DNA of 42,684 nucleotides, filler included, from Psammoneis japonica (lineage: Eukaryota): NCBI GenBank assembly GCA_008632985.1. It is 6 parts of 6 records of this genome, joined end to end, with 100 filler letters (N's around TTAATTAATTAA, not from the genome) between each part and the next. Parts side by side here need not be neighbours in the genome. Positions count along the whole stretch, not along the records: positions 8,094 to 36,991 come from QPGO01000592.1; 5 more parts are not named here. One strand, given 5' to 3'. This document shows, one piece after another, positions 22,997 to 35,500 of this stretch. The notes below the pieces were generated by a model. That model was not told the origin of the DNA. It saw nothing but the letters and a program-made list of their open reading frames with translations, and did not search any database. Position 1 is the first letter of the stretch; the number at the start of each line of letters is the position of its first letter. The position numbers were made by a program, and so were the translations under genes.

Positions 22997-23320
22997 GCTC
23001 TCTCTCTCTCTCTTTCTCTGCTCTAGAGCTACTCTCCCAGCAGCTAGAGAGTGGAGAGGCCATTCTCAGCACATGCCATGCGTGCTCTAGCTGGAGCAGA
23101 GCTCTGCTGCCAGCTGGCCAGAGCACACAGCCCTCTCTCTAGCCAGGAGAGAGACCAGCCACTCTGTTCTACTGCTGCTCTCTCTCTCTCTCTACTAGTA
23201 GAGAGTAGAGAGACAGCAATAGCTACTCTCTAGTGGCTCTCTAGAGTAGAGAGGCCTCTACTCTCTAGAGCTAGCACCGGCAGTAGAGGGAGCTAGGGCC
23301 CCAGCGAGCGAGCTAGCATG
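22997..23320. repeat. (CT)n/CTAG-rich low-complexity palindromic island
   Basis: (CT)n runs, many CTAG/CTCTAGAG, and a perfect 18-bp palindrome ctctctactagtagagag at 23188-23205. Confidence 0.85.
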
Positions 23321-23472
23321 GCTCTCAGGGTGCGCACAGAAGCACACGAGTCTACTGCTGATTTGACATCTGCAACGAACCAGAACCCAGAACAGCGAGC
23401 CAATGGCGAGCCAACGAAATCAATACGGTAACAAAGAGCAGAGAGGGCAAGAGAAAGTTATGGGCATTGACC

Positions 23473-25114
23473 ATGACAAGCAGGGCGTCAGAAAAGAAAA
23501 ATCAAGACAGTACTACGAACGATGCAACTATTGAATTGAATGTGGAACCTCCGATTCGAGTGCATGATTTCAAAGTCTTTGACACGTCCAGATTTGACAT
23601 CTTTCATTTGCATGTCGACAGTGATGAACCAAGAACCAAACAAAACTTTCGGTACAGACTAACTGTGTTGGATCGAATGCCAACGGGACCAAGAGTCGAT
23701 TTTATTACAGCAGTCTTTATTATACCAGCAGGACGAGAGACTGAATACATTTTTTCCACTCGTCATGGCTTGGAATCGATTGCCTCGAGTGCGCACTGCA
23801 TTCGACTCATCGCGGTTGCGCTCGGACGTCCGCCTCATGTCTTTGAACAAGAAGAACAGATTCGACAAGAACTGGCCAATGTCGCTCAAATCTTAAATCA
23901 AGGAGCAACTTTTCTTACGTCATCCATGAAGTCGATGTACATGACTCGAACAAACACAATCATTCCTTTTGTCGCGTTGAACGGTATTGGCTCTCGACAT
24001 GTCTTGGCTGAGGGTGAAACTAAATTGTCGGGAAAACCTAGCAGAAAACACCCAACACGTTCGACGACTTTACTTTATGGATAATCCCTTTGTGATTCAG
24101 TCCGAAGTCGTGGTGAAAGTTCACGAGGGCAAAAAGAAGGTAACCGTAGACAAGACTTTTGTGGCTTTTGCCTACCACAAGGACATGGTGGCTGGGATTC
24201 TAGCCTTCTCGCCCGTCTTAACGACAAGTGAGAAACACCAGTCGGGTCTTGTTATTGGGCTAGGTGGTGCTGGACTGGTTAATTTTCTGCAGCAACTCTT
24301 GCCCGCTGTGCTACTCACAATTGTGGAAGTGGATGAATCCATAGTGACGGTTGCAGAACAATACTTTGGCTTTACAGCAGACCACGACGGGACAGTCGTT
24401 CGAATAGGGAATGGTTTGGATGTACAGCCGACTCCTCCACAAGGAGCCGATGCGGCAACGCCGTCAATAGACGAGCAAAACAAGGACAATATCAATATTC
24501 CTCCTGGGAGCCAAAGTTTTATTGTTGTGGATGTGGACTCCAAAGACAGATCGGCAGGCATGTCCTGTCCACCGGGTGCCTTTGTCGAGGAATCCTATCT
24601 TCACACACTCAAGTCCTTGTTGGATCCACAAGATGGTCTCTTGGCCATTAATGTGTCGGCGCGCAATAGGGACTTGTTTGACGAGGTTTTGACACGAGCT
24701 CAAGCCGTCTTTGAGCATGTCACGCTATCACGGCGGGTACAAGACGACAAGTCAAACGACCAACATGATGATGACGATGCGGATATTAACATTGTTGCCT
24801 TTTGCAAAGCAAACGACTTTGGTGACTGTCTGTTTGCCAAGACCACCAAGTCTAAAACCGCCTTTGTGGACAATGTTCACGAGGCGCTCATGTCTACAGC
24901 TCACAGCAGCACCCACGAAAAGGGTGCCCCAAAGGAAAAGCTGTCGGCGTCATGGTTGGAACTGGAAGAATGTGTTTCGGGACTGTCCGCGTTGGTACTG
25001 GACGAAAAGAAGAAATCTGGGTCCCCATCCAGAAAGAAAAAGAGCAGCGGCAAAAGAAGAAAGGAAAGAAACGGTAATTCTGATACAAAGCATGTTGCTA
25101 CAGATACGACGTAA
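23473..25114 (+). CDS. METTL13-like: METTL13 (eEF1A-KNMT)-like methyltransferase: central and C-terminal spermidine-synthase-like domains; frameshift at ~24033-24037
   Basis: AVFIIPAGRETEYIFST, VRRLYF...VIQSE, VIGLGGAGL, DVDSKD...GMSCPP..FV and GLLAINV match METTL13. The two ORFs join with a +1 shift at SGK|LAE. Confidence 0.82.
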
Positions 25115-25161
25115 TCATTTGAAGAATAGCACAATGTATAGCACTTTTTCTCTCGTTTGAC

Positions 25162-26074
25162 TCAGCCTAGTGGGTTTGCTGGTGATCCACCGTTGCCGGA
25201 TAGCGATCCGTTTCCAAAGATGGCATAGAGAATCACTCCCACCAAGAGCAAGACATTAATCACAGCAAAGCATTGGATAAACTTATCAGAAGCCATGCGC
25301 TTCCCAAAATGCTTAATAAGTTTGTCCGCACGTTGCAAATTGTCTTCGATCCGATCCACTTCAGCATCAACCCTTTCAATCGTCTGCCGTTGTCGTTCCA
25401 ATTCTTCCAAAGTCGATACACCCACTTCCTTTGACTCTGCCACAAGCCGTTTGGTATTGTCTAGAGATTGTTGTGTCTTATCTTGCAAGGCCTTTGCTTC
25501 GTTCAACATGACGTCTCCCTTTTTCACATCATCCATCTCACCGTTATCAGCCGCAGCACCCGACGCGGCTCCGACAAACAGTTCTCCGCGTTGACTCTCC
25601 GAACGCATGGCTCGCATGTCGGTTACTGCCGCCTTTAATTCTTCATCCAGCTTCTTCAATCGACTCTCGAATTTTTTTCGTTGATTGGGATCGCTCACCA
25701 AACGAGCCTCCATTTTGAAGGAACGCTTCGTTCCCTGCGCCTTGCGAATGTTCTTTTCGGCTTGAGAAATCAGAGACGAGCGTTCTGCGCCCTGAGCATC
25801 CGCAGCCTCGTCGAGTAAGCTATGAATTTCGTCAATCTCATCGCGTAACGTGTCTTCCCAATACTGAATGTCAGCCTAACATAAGAATCAGAAAATTGAG
25901 CCCAAAAACATACCAGAACAGATGAGTTTTACGTAGAGCGCAGTACAATTTCTACGCAGAAGCAGGTGCGATGACCAACCACGAGATATGGCGGTTGTAA
26001 CTTCCATAAAGAACGAAGCAACCACAAGTCGTAATCAACAGTACATTTCTCGTTCGTATAATCGTCCTTACCAT
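25162..26074 (-). CDS. Qb-SNARE (NPSN/Vti1-like), two exons, ~238 aa
   Basis: Exon 1 is the ATG alone (26074-26072), followed by a GTAAG donor. The intron (26071-25876) ends TTAG. Exon 2 (25875-25162) is in frame: ADIQYWED...SNARE motif (LEELERQRQTI)...RMASDKFIQC and a C-terminal TM helix. Confidence 0.88.
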
Positions 26075-26539
26075 GATGTGTTGAGTTGGCTTTTATCGTT
26101 GAAAGCCCTGCAAATGACACGATTGCGACGACGTCCGGTGGTGCCGGTTGTGTGTGTTTGCTGCTGTCGTTTTTCTTGCGTGATTTGCTCGCGCGAATGG
26201 TTGGGTGAGGATTGAGTCGACTGATTCAATCGACTTTTCTCAACGGCCGCAATGCTGTAAAACAGATTATCAGAACCGAATAAATCTATATATCTGCTTG
26301 CGACAGATAGACAGACATCCAACTTGCCGTCTGCCCGCCCGTGCCCCCCGCCAACTTCGACTTCAGATGCGATGTTGCGGCACAGGTTGTAATTTGAAAT
26401 TAAAGATAGCAAACGATTTCACCACCATGTACTGCCATGCACAACTGGTGTGGTTAACGTCAAATGTCAACGACCGAATGAAACATGAGTGCCGATCGAG
26501 TTTGCACCTCTGTCTCACAAATCGCAAGTGAGTCGTTGT

Positions 26540-29500
26540 TTGAGTTCACTGTCACTGATGAAAGTGGGACCTGCCGCCGCATCTCCATCTTTGACCATGT
26601 CCACACCAAGAGAATCCCATGGGACAAGGTCGAATCATCTGGAGTCATTGCATCATTTCCATTCTTCTGCTGGTCTTTTGCTCACGTTCAGGTCACTCTT
26701 CTTCCGCTCGCTTTCGTCGCTCATCTTCCAGGTGCCTCCTCTTGCACTCTGCTTCTTCTGCATGGCAGATGGCATGTTTTTGCTCTTTGCATTCCAACTC
26801 TCTCTGAATGCATTCCAACTCTTCTTTGCAGTGCTTTCACGCTTCGGCCTCTTTCGCTGCCTGTTCAACCAAGAGCCGTTGGTGCGCTTCCTCTTGCCGT
26901 TTCAATTCTTTGAGTCATTCTCTCTCCAGCTGCTTGGCTTGTTGAAGCTCCTTGGTGTCACATGCCTCCTTTCCATGAGGGCCAGTTCCCAGGTCATGTG
27001 CTTCATGGATGAAAAGAATGCCACCCTTGGCCTTGCTCTCAGAGCTTGTTCGTTCACCTTTGTCTTGGTCTGGCTCACAAAATCTCCCATCATTTCATGT
27101 CCCAATGACTCGACAATCTTGAGAAGCCCCAATCCAAACAGCACTTGTGCAATGGTTTGTGAGACTGTTGTCTCACCCGCGCCTTGTTGATTCAAACCAA
27201 AGGTGAAAAACACAATGATCGGCTGTGGCCATCAAGAAACCATGTGCATTTTTTGTGTTGACAATTGAACGCAGCACCTGGTGACCCTGCAAACACAAAG
27301 TGCCCCAATGACGGCTGGTTGTTGCCACCACTCTTCAAAACTGCCCAAGTCTTCTTCATGTTGTCCAGCTGTTCCTTCACCTTCTCCATCCAGAAAAGGC
27401 TGTCCAGCTGCTTGAGAGGATCGTCATCCTTCTTGGATCAAGCAACACCATGATCATCAATGTCCATGTCCTCCAGCGTTGGAGTGCCCAATGAAGCACC
27501 AAGGCATTTTGTTGCTTTCAATGTCACTCCCTTTGCAATGAGCTCAGCAGCACCGGCATTTCCAAAATTTGCTTGGCATCTCTGCTGATGAAGAAAGTCT
27601 CCAGGGCCTTTTCATTAAACTCAATGCTGGCCTTGACATTGTTTGTCTTCAAATTCAAGCTGACAATTTGGAGCAGCTCATTGTTGTTGCAGTTGTCAAA
27701 GCAGGGAGCGCGAATTTTCAGAAAATGCTGTGCAAGTCCAGAATTTTGGTTTCAAGTTGATGCCAGCATCTGCTCCTCACAGCCCAAGAGGAGAGCAGCA
27801 GCAATGTCATCTGACGGACCTCCTTGAACTTTCTCAATCAAAGTGTTGAGAACTTGCTTTCCATGCAGACCATCATCAAGGACATGGGCTTTGTCAATGA
27901 CCAACACTTTGCCACCAGCACTTTCAAGGACATTTGTGGTTTTTGTTTGAGACTCTCCGACTGCGCTTCCTGCAAAATCACTCACTGCCTTTGACACAAC
28001 TGCGCCGTTGCTTGTAAATCCAAGCTCCTTTAACAGCCATCAGCACAGCTTGCCGCAGGTGGTTTTGCCGGTGCCTTCATCAAGGAGGGCACTCAGTCAA
28101 TGTGAGTTCACAAAGAGTGCATGTGGGGGCGATGTCAAGATTCACTCACCCAGGTCACCGACAAACACTCGATTGAGAAAAATGTCAAGAGGCAGTTTCC
28201 CTTGCAGCTCTCATTCACAGTTGATGCCGCACAAGTTGACAAGTTCTCCCACAATTTTCTTGACACGGCCCCATCCAATTTTTTTGTCAATCTCGTTGTG
28301 AACTCTCTGGAGTTTCTCATTGGAAAGTCAAGGATCCTGACCAACAATGTGCTGGATCTCAATTTTCATGTTGGCCATGTTGAAATCATTGCCCAGTCAC
28401 GCCATTGCTGACTGCATTGCCTCTTCTAGGCACTTTCTCACATCACGTGCGTTTCCAAAGCCTTTTTGACTGGCTTTCTTGACCAAGCATTTTGCCGCAA
28501 CCGTTGACACCCCTTCAACTTCATCCCATCATTTTTGGACATGGAGATCAGCCCAGATGGTGTGCAACTCATCTTCATCAAAATCTTCAAAGATGCAAAA
28601 ACAGAATCTACTTCTCAAGCCATTGTTGCAGGCGAAGAACTTCTTCTCGAAATCATCTTTGCACCCGGCAAGAATGGATGAGATTTCATCATGTCTGTTT
28701 TTGCACAAGGTGAGGAGCTCGTTTGCAATTGGCCTTCCTTTGAAATCCCCAACTGGATCAAGATCACACACTTCATCAATGAAAACAACACCATCTTGGG
28801 CCTTGGCTGCCAACTTGCAGAATTCATCCATTCCCCCGTCTTTTGTTTCTTGCGCTGTTGGCTTTTCGATTGTGCTCTTCTTGCAAACCCCAGAGTCACA
28901 AAGCATTTTTGCAAAAAGGCATGTGACAGATGTTTTGCCTTCAACGCCAAGTCCAGATGTGGTGTCCAAGCTCACCTGTTCCTGGGTTTCTGGCAAAGAT
29001 GCAGTTTGCTGACTGTCGGTTCTCTTTCCGGGCCTCTGGATCCATTTTCTTAAGTTGCAGTGCTGAACTCCAAAGGCAGAGTGCCTCTTCTTTTATTTTT
29101 CTCAATCCCACATGGGCAAGAAGTTCGTCCATTGCTTCTGATTTGGCTTCTCTGGGATGTTGCTCTTGCAAGTCCCGCCATTGACTCTTCAAGGATTCTT
29201 CCTGCCAGCTTGCAGGCTTTGAAGTGTCCAGTGTGTTGGAGTGTCCTCCGTGCAATCTGTCAAGCTCACTTTCTTGTGAGAGGTGTTTTTGCATGGGAAA
29301 TGCAGATGAAAAGGTCAACAGCAGTTTCTTCTTGTTTGAGGGTTCCAGGCAAGCAGCAACAATCAGGCTCCACAGATGGATTTTGTGGCCTGATCCACAA
29401 GTTTTGGAAGCTTGCACAAAAGCAGCAAGGTGGCTCATTGCCTGGTTGGGATCGTGGCTCAACATCTCCAAAGACATCAGCAGGTGCAACAATGACAAAG

Positions 29501-32500
29501 CTGCCCCTTTGGTGTTTGTGATCAGCTTCTTCAACAAAGACATTGCCTTGAACAGAGCTGCATCTTTGTTTGGGAATTGCATCTTTTCCTCCAGGTCTTG
29601 CTCAACATTTGAACTCAATGTCCCATGTGAGTGGATTCCACCCGGCCAGTCTAGATCAACCCTCAAACCCTCCAGCACAGCATCAGTGAGCATGAGGTCT
29701 GTCATTTTTTCCTTTTCTTCAGTTTTGTTGTCATCTTTGTGACCATTGCTGTTGTCCGTGTCGGGGTGGCAGGTTGCAAGGTCCATCACAATGCCTTCAG
29801 GTGGAGCCTGGAATGCAGTTGATCATGGCTGCAGTTGCAGAGATTCGAACATGTCGCACATGTTGTTGGCAGCCAGAAGAAGTTGATTGTGGGAGAGTCT
29901 CACCCGGAAGAGGTCAAGTGCGGGGAAAGGATCCCAAATGATTGAGTCAGTGAAGTTTCTTTCTCGACAAAGCACTGAACTGCAATTGTCACTGAGCAGA
30001 GATTCAAGCATTGCGCCTCTCTTTTTTTGGGAAGGGAGTCCAGATTGAGTGGAATGGGTTCTTGCTGCAGAAACCAAGCCCGCTGACAACGTGATGTCTC
30101 CAGTTTTCACTGCATTGGCAAGTCGTTTCAGGTTCTCCTCTGCAACAGGCACTCAGGTGAGAGGCGACAGCAAAATCTGATGAGCAAGGCTGTGTCACAC
30201 AGCACAAGAACCCTGAGTTTCTAGACACACTTGCATGAAGCAGCTTTTGCAAATCTGTTTGGGTCAAAGCTTTTGGCTTGCAGGTTTTTTTCTGAAGATG
30301 ATGGAAGCACACTGCTTGCTGAAGCAAGAACAGAGGTCTCTGCCACTCATCCACAACACAGGAGTCAAACATCTTGCACTGAGACAGCGGCTTTGGATTG
30401 TCCTTCAGTTTTTTGACAGAACCTTCTGGCAGCAATTTGATGAATTTTGATGGCTCAGAGCAGTCGACATCTTTAGGAGCCCAAAGTGCTGCATCCAGAG
30501 CTGCGGGGAGGAGCATCTGGGGCAGTCCAGCAGAGTGCCTTCCATGCATTGCTCAGTGCTGAATTGATGTCCGCATGGACAAGTCCATGAGGCATTGGCG
30601 CTACACACAGCCTCGCCATCAAAGCTGCACCCTGCTTGCAGAGTCTGTTGACACTTCAAAAAATTCCAGCACTTTTGTGGAACTTCCTTTGACATTGCGG
30701 GATTGATGTTCCTGTTTTGACTTTCTGCTCCTCTGAACACGTCATCTCAGTTTCATGGCCATGGCATCTGAGACGTGGCATCACAATTTCGTCACAGCTT
30801 TGCTTTGAGTCCGACAAATCCCAACCACGGAGGAGCCAATCAAAAAATTCATGGCAAGGAATGGTCTTTTTGTGGCCACAGTGCATGGTGGTTTTTGTTT
30901 GTCTCTCACAGCTTTGAAAAGTCAACTTCATCCTGGGTTCCAACCCTTTCAGATCACGCAGAGGTGTTGTGCTTTGGTGAATGGTGCACTCCAAAACAAT
31001 GGCAGAAAAAGTTAGCCTTGGCCAAATTTCTTTTCAAAACTCATCAACTCCACCACAACTGACTTCCACCTGATGACCGCAAAGGGGAGAGACTGCTGTG
31101 ACACTTTCTTTGCAGCCAGCATGAGGCAAGTGAGCATCTGAGCAGCTGACTTTTGTTTTGTGGCCACACTTGCAGAGAAGTGCTGCCGTTTTGTTGCATT
31201 TGGGGAGTGGGAAATCTGCGGAAGGTGGTTTGGGCACATTTCCTTCTTTGCACTCAGTCACAGCAGTGGGTGAGCTTGTGGCTGGCTGTCACTGTTGATG
31301 CATTGCAGCAGGGCAGCATGCAACGATGCCCACAAGCTGGGCGCAGCTTTTGCACCGGAGTCTGACACGGCTTTAGATGGGGCATCCACGCGAAAGCTTT
31401 GTTGCATGGAAGTTCGATGTGGTGACCGCACTTTTGGACGATCTTAGCTCTCTTGTTGCAAATGTGGTCTCAGATGCCACAGGTCTCACCCTTGTAGATT
31501 TTCCCCATTTGGCTGCAGCTTCCACCTTCCCATTGAGAGAGGGACTGTGCAACCCCACAAATGACATTGTGTCTGTGACCACAATGAGGAAGAATCATCA
31601 AAACCTTTTCATGGCAGTCAAAGATCTTGGCACCATTTGTGTGCTCATTGATTTCCCAGTGCTGCATTTGATGTTTGTGCCCACAAGATGCTTCGTGAAC
31701 CCCTTCATTTTTGCACTGAACAATGGTGGATTTTCTGTGTGTGCTTTGAGTTCCTTGCATCTGACTCCTGAGGAATGTGTCCACAAGAAACAAAGACAAA
31801 TGGGGTCAGAGAAGCCAGGTTGCAAACTGGTGGGGATCAAGCCCCTTTGTTGATTTCCTTTTCTTTCCAGCATTCCAAGTGAGCAATGTGGCCACACTGG
31901 AGGCCCACATCAACCTGTCCAGGGCATCTGTAAAAAGCAAGAATGCGTGTGTAGTCTGCACTCAGCAGGGCTCCGACAGAATGCTCGAATGCCTCATGGC
32001 AGTTAATTTTGCTGTGATGACGAAGACAGGGAGAGTCAAGATTTGCAGCGCAGCTTTGTTTGTGAGTTGACTTTGGCCAGTGGCATCCAAGCAAGCATGG
32101 GTGGCCACATGGAAGAGGTGATTGCAGAAATCACCTTCAAGCAATGCGGGAGAATCTGCAGTCTTGGTGACGAGCCGGTGGACGGGGTGGCAGAGAGGAA
32201 GCTTGTCCCCTGTTCTCGGACCGGTGCAGATGTTGCTTGATCTGACATCTTTTTGATCTGAATCATCACTCCCACTTCCTTCAAGAAGCTTCAATGTGGC
32301 CTCCCAATGCTTTGGAATGCTCACGCTTCCAAGAAAGCCACTGTCGCCAACAATGTGCAGACCAAGGGGCGAGTGACTGAGGAGAACCACTGTTCGATTG
32401 ACCAGCTTGAAGAAACCAGTCTTGGATTCTCGTCAACAATGAGGCTGCAAATGATGATGTCCTCCTTGTCTCCTTGGAAGTGGTCAACCACACTCACATG

Positions 32501-35500
32501 ACAGATGTCCATGGTTTGGGGGTCTCTTGAGAGAAGACGTGCTGGAGCAAATGATGAATCTTTGAACAGCTTTTCTCTTGTCCTTTGTGGGGAGTCAGAG
32601 TGGCAATGCCAGACCTCAGATCTCTGCAGCAAGCAACTGGACAGGCTGCCAGAGAACAAACCATCATGGCTTCCAAATTGTTGATGCGCAAAACCCTGGT
32701 GTGGGCCTGTTTCTGCATGCTGCCATGCGTCCAAACAAAACATGAGGGGCAATGCCGGGAACCCTCCTGCTCACAAGCAGATGCAAAAGTTGAGCAAGCC
32801 ACATGACAATTCAATGCTCAATGAAATTTCATTGATGTGCACACCCTTCCCTGAGTTGATGACTGACTGACAACCAAACCTTTCGTGGAGGAACTTTTGG
32901 CGCCAATGACCTGCAGGCCACATGCTTCTTGGTCTTCAATCTCGACAACATTGGCACAAAAGTCTTGCATGAGATTGCAAATGTTTCTTCACATTTGCCA
33001 CTGGACAGACAAAATGGCAGAAGGAATGCCATGTCCAACAGGAGCTTCAATTGAATGTTGAAACATTGAGACGTCAATCCTGTTGCAGAGCTTGCAGTCA
33101 AAATGACTCATGACAGATGGGTGTGGTTGTCAGTGGTCACCAATCATCTCAAGCTTGAGAGTGAACTCAAACAGACATGAAAAAAGAAGTGGTTCAAGCA
33201 CCTCACTGGCCTCTTCGACAACAACAGCAAATGGTCTTGTTGCCTGTGTCGAATCAAGATGGGAGATGGCACCAACCATCATCCCACCTGCAACTGATTT
33301 GTTCTCGCACACATGAGATTTGGCATGGGATTGTCACTTGAGCCAGATCATTGCAAGCAATCACCAAGGAACCTTTCACTCGGATGGCAGCACAATTCAT
33401 GTGGGCATGGAGATCATCCATTGGATTGTGACAAGCGTGCCATCGCTCTTCCAGCAACATGTCCCATGTCCATTCATTCAGATCAGAAGAGACAAGGTCT
33501 GCAACGTGGAATGAAAGCTTGTGGCGCCACTTGACACTTCTTCTGAGACTTCATTGTCATCTTTGGATGCACTTTGCACCTCAAACACATCACGCAAGGG
33601 CTGAAGGTCATCAGCTTCTTTGCACTCCACATCGAAATCATTGACCTCGCCCATGAGGCCCTTTGGTTGGGCCTCTTTTCAAGTGCAGAATGGCTGCTTT
33701 CAGAAGGCACAAAAGAAGAAATCTCTGCATGATCAGGGTTGTTAGAATGACAAAGTTCTCCATGTTCATTGATGTCAAGTCCTGTTTTGTGCAATGCACA
33801 GGTGGTGGAAGTTCACTGTCTTTGCAGGATGCTGCCACTGCCTCTTCCGGCACTCCTTTGACACCTGTGGCAAGTTGTGGGGAATGATCATGACAGTGTT
33901 TGGAGCCAGACATTGGAAGCCCTTTGCAAGGATGGCCCTTTGTTGTTGTAGCCACACACTTGGGTCTTTCAACATTCAATGATGCAGCTCTTGCGTCATC
34001 ATCATCGTCAAGAGAAGAATCACTGTCAACAGACTAAAAGCTTTTGGTGTCAAACTGCATGATGCAAGCCATGTGCAAATGATCATGACAAAAAGGCTTG
34101 CAAACAGACAAAGGCTCTCCACAGCATGGCCTTCCTTTCTTCATGATGGCCTGCATTTCATTTGATGGTGATTGGTGCAACAAATGGCATTTGGGGTGCA
34201 ACATCCCAGACAGGATGGACAGGTGCAGAGAGGGTGTGACTCGCAAACATTCCCAGGAGGTTTGTCAAGCCCAGGTTTCACTGGGATGTTGAGTTCAATG
34301 CACTTTTTACATGCATGCATTTGACAGCAATTGTGCAATCTGCCAATTTTAGACACACGGCAACAAGCAATCTGGCAACAGTGCTCAGAGCAGTGGTTGC
34401 CGTTTTCTTTGCAGGGATCAACACAGCAGCCAATCGAGCTGTTTTCAAAAAAGCATCTGCGTTCATCACAAAGCAGAACTTCATGCAAGACAGCAAGCCC
34501 ACCACACGAATCACTGTTGCCATTGCCTGTGTGAAAACAAAGTGAGGGAGAGGTTCCTTTCCGTTGAGTCACATCATTGGAATGTCACCCCAGCGATCTC
34601 CAATCTGGTGGTGTTCTTTGTTGAAGAGGGATGTGACGAACTTTGATCCACTGGATGCTGATGAAACCAGATGCAACACCTTCCCAGAAGCCCGGCAATC
34701 TTTGTCTCTTTCCATGAAAGACAGAGTTGAAGCAATGTCTGCTGGACAGTGCACTTGGCTGTCATTTGGCTCGACTTGCCCAGCAGAATAAAGAGCAAGA
34801 AGAAGGTGCCGAAGAACTGTGCACTCCATGAGGAACTGGGTGGCCTTGTTTCTGGTGTTGCCCCTTGCCTTCTCATCATCATTAGAGAACATTGGCAGCT
34901 GACAGGCCAGAAATGATGTGACATCACCATGTGGATTTGCTTTGATGGAATCTTGCAGTCAAATCAAACTCTGGTCCATTGAAAGCTTTTTTTTGACTTC
35001 AGCATCAGATTGGCAGGTGTTTCTTTCAGAGTGCTGCGCCAACCGTGGTCCTTTGATTGGCTGCCAAGATTCGGATGAGCTTGCTGCAGGCTAGCTTGAC
35101 AGGCTCTGCCTTTACAAGATCAACCAGAAAATTGTCAATTGCCTGGTTCTTGCAGGACAGAACCAACATTGGAAGCAAACCAACCAAACGACCCTTCGTC
35201 ATCCAAAGTTCGCGTGTTGTGAGCAGCGCCCGGACCAACACAACGCCAAGATGGCTCTTTCCTGTGCCAGGCCTGTGACGCAAAAATCAGGTGTCAATGT
35301 GAGCAACAGAATCAAACATGGGTTCATTCAAACCATTTGGAATTGCCCGTGGGCCCTGTGTTGAGTGTGCTGGATTCTGCAGCGAGTCCACAAAACTGAC
35401 AAACTGCTTCTTGTCCAGAGTTGTCTCTGCCACCAGCTCAAGAAGCTTGGAGGTGAGTGTCTTTTGAAGCTCTGCATCTAAACGGATCTCACGGATGGGT

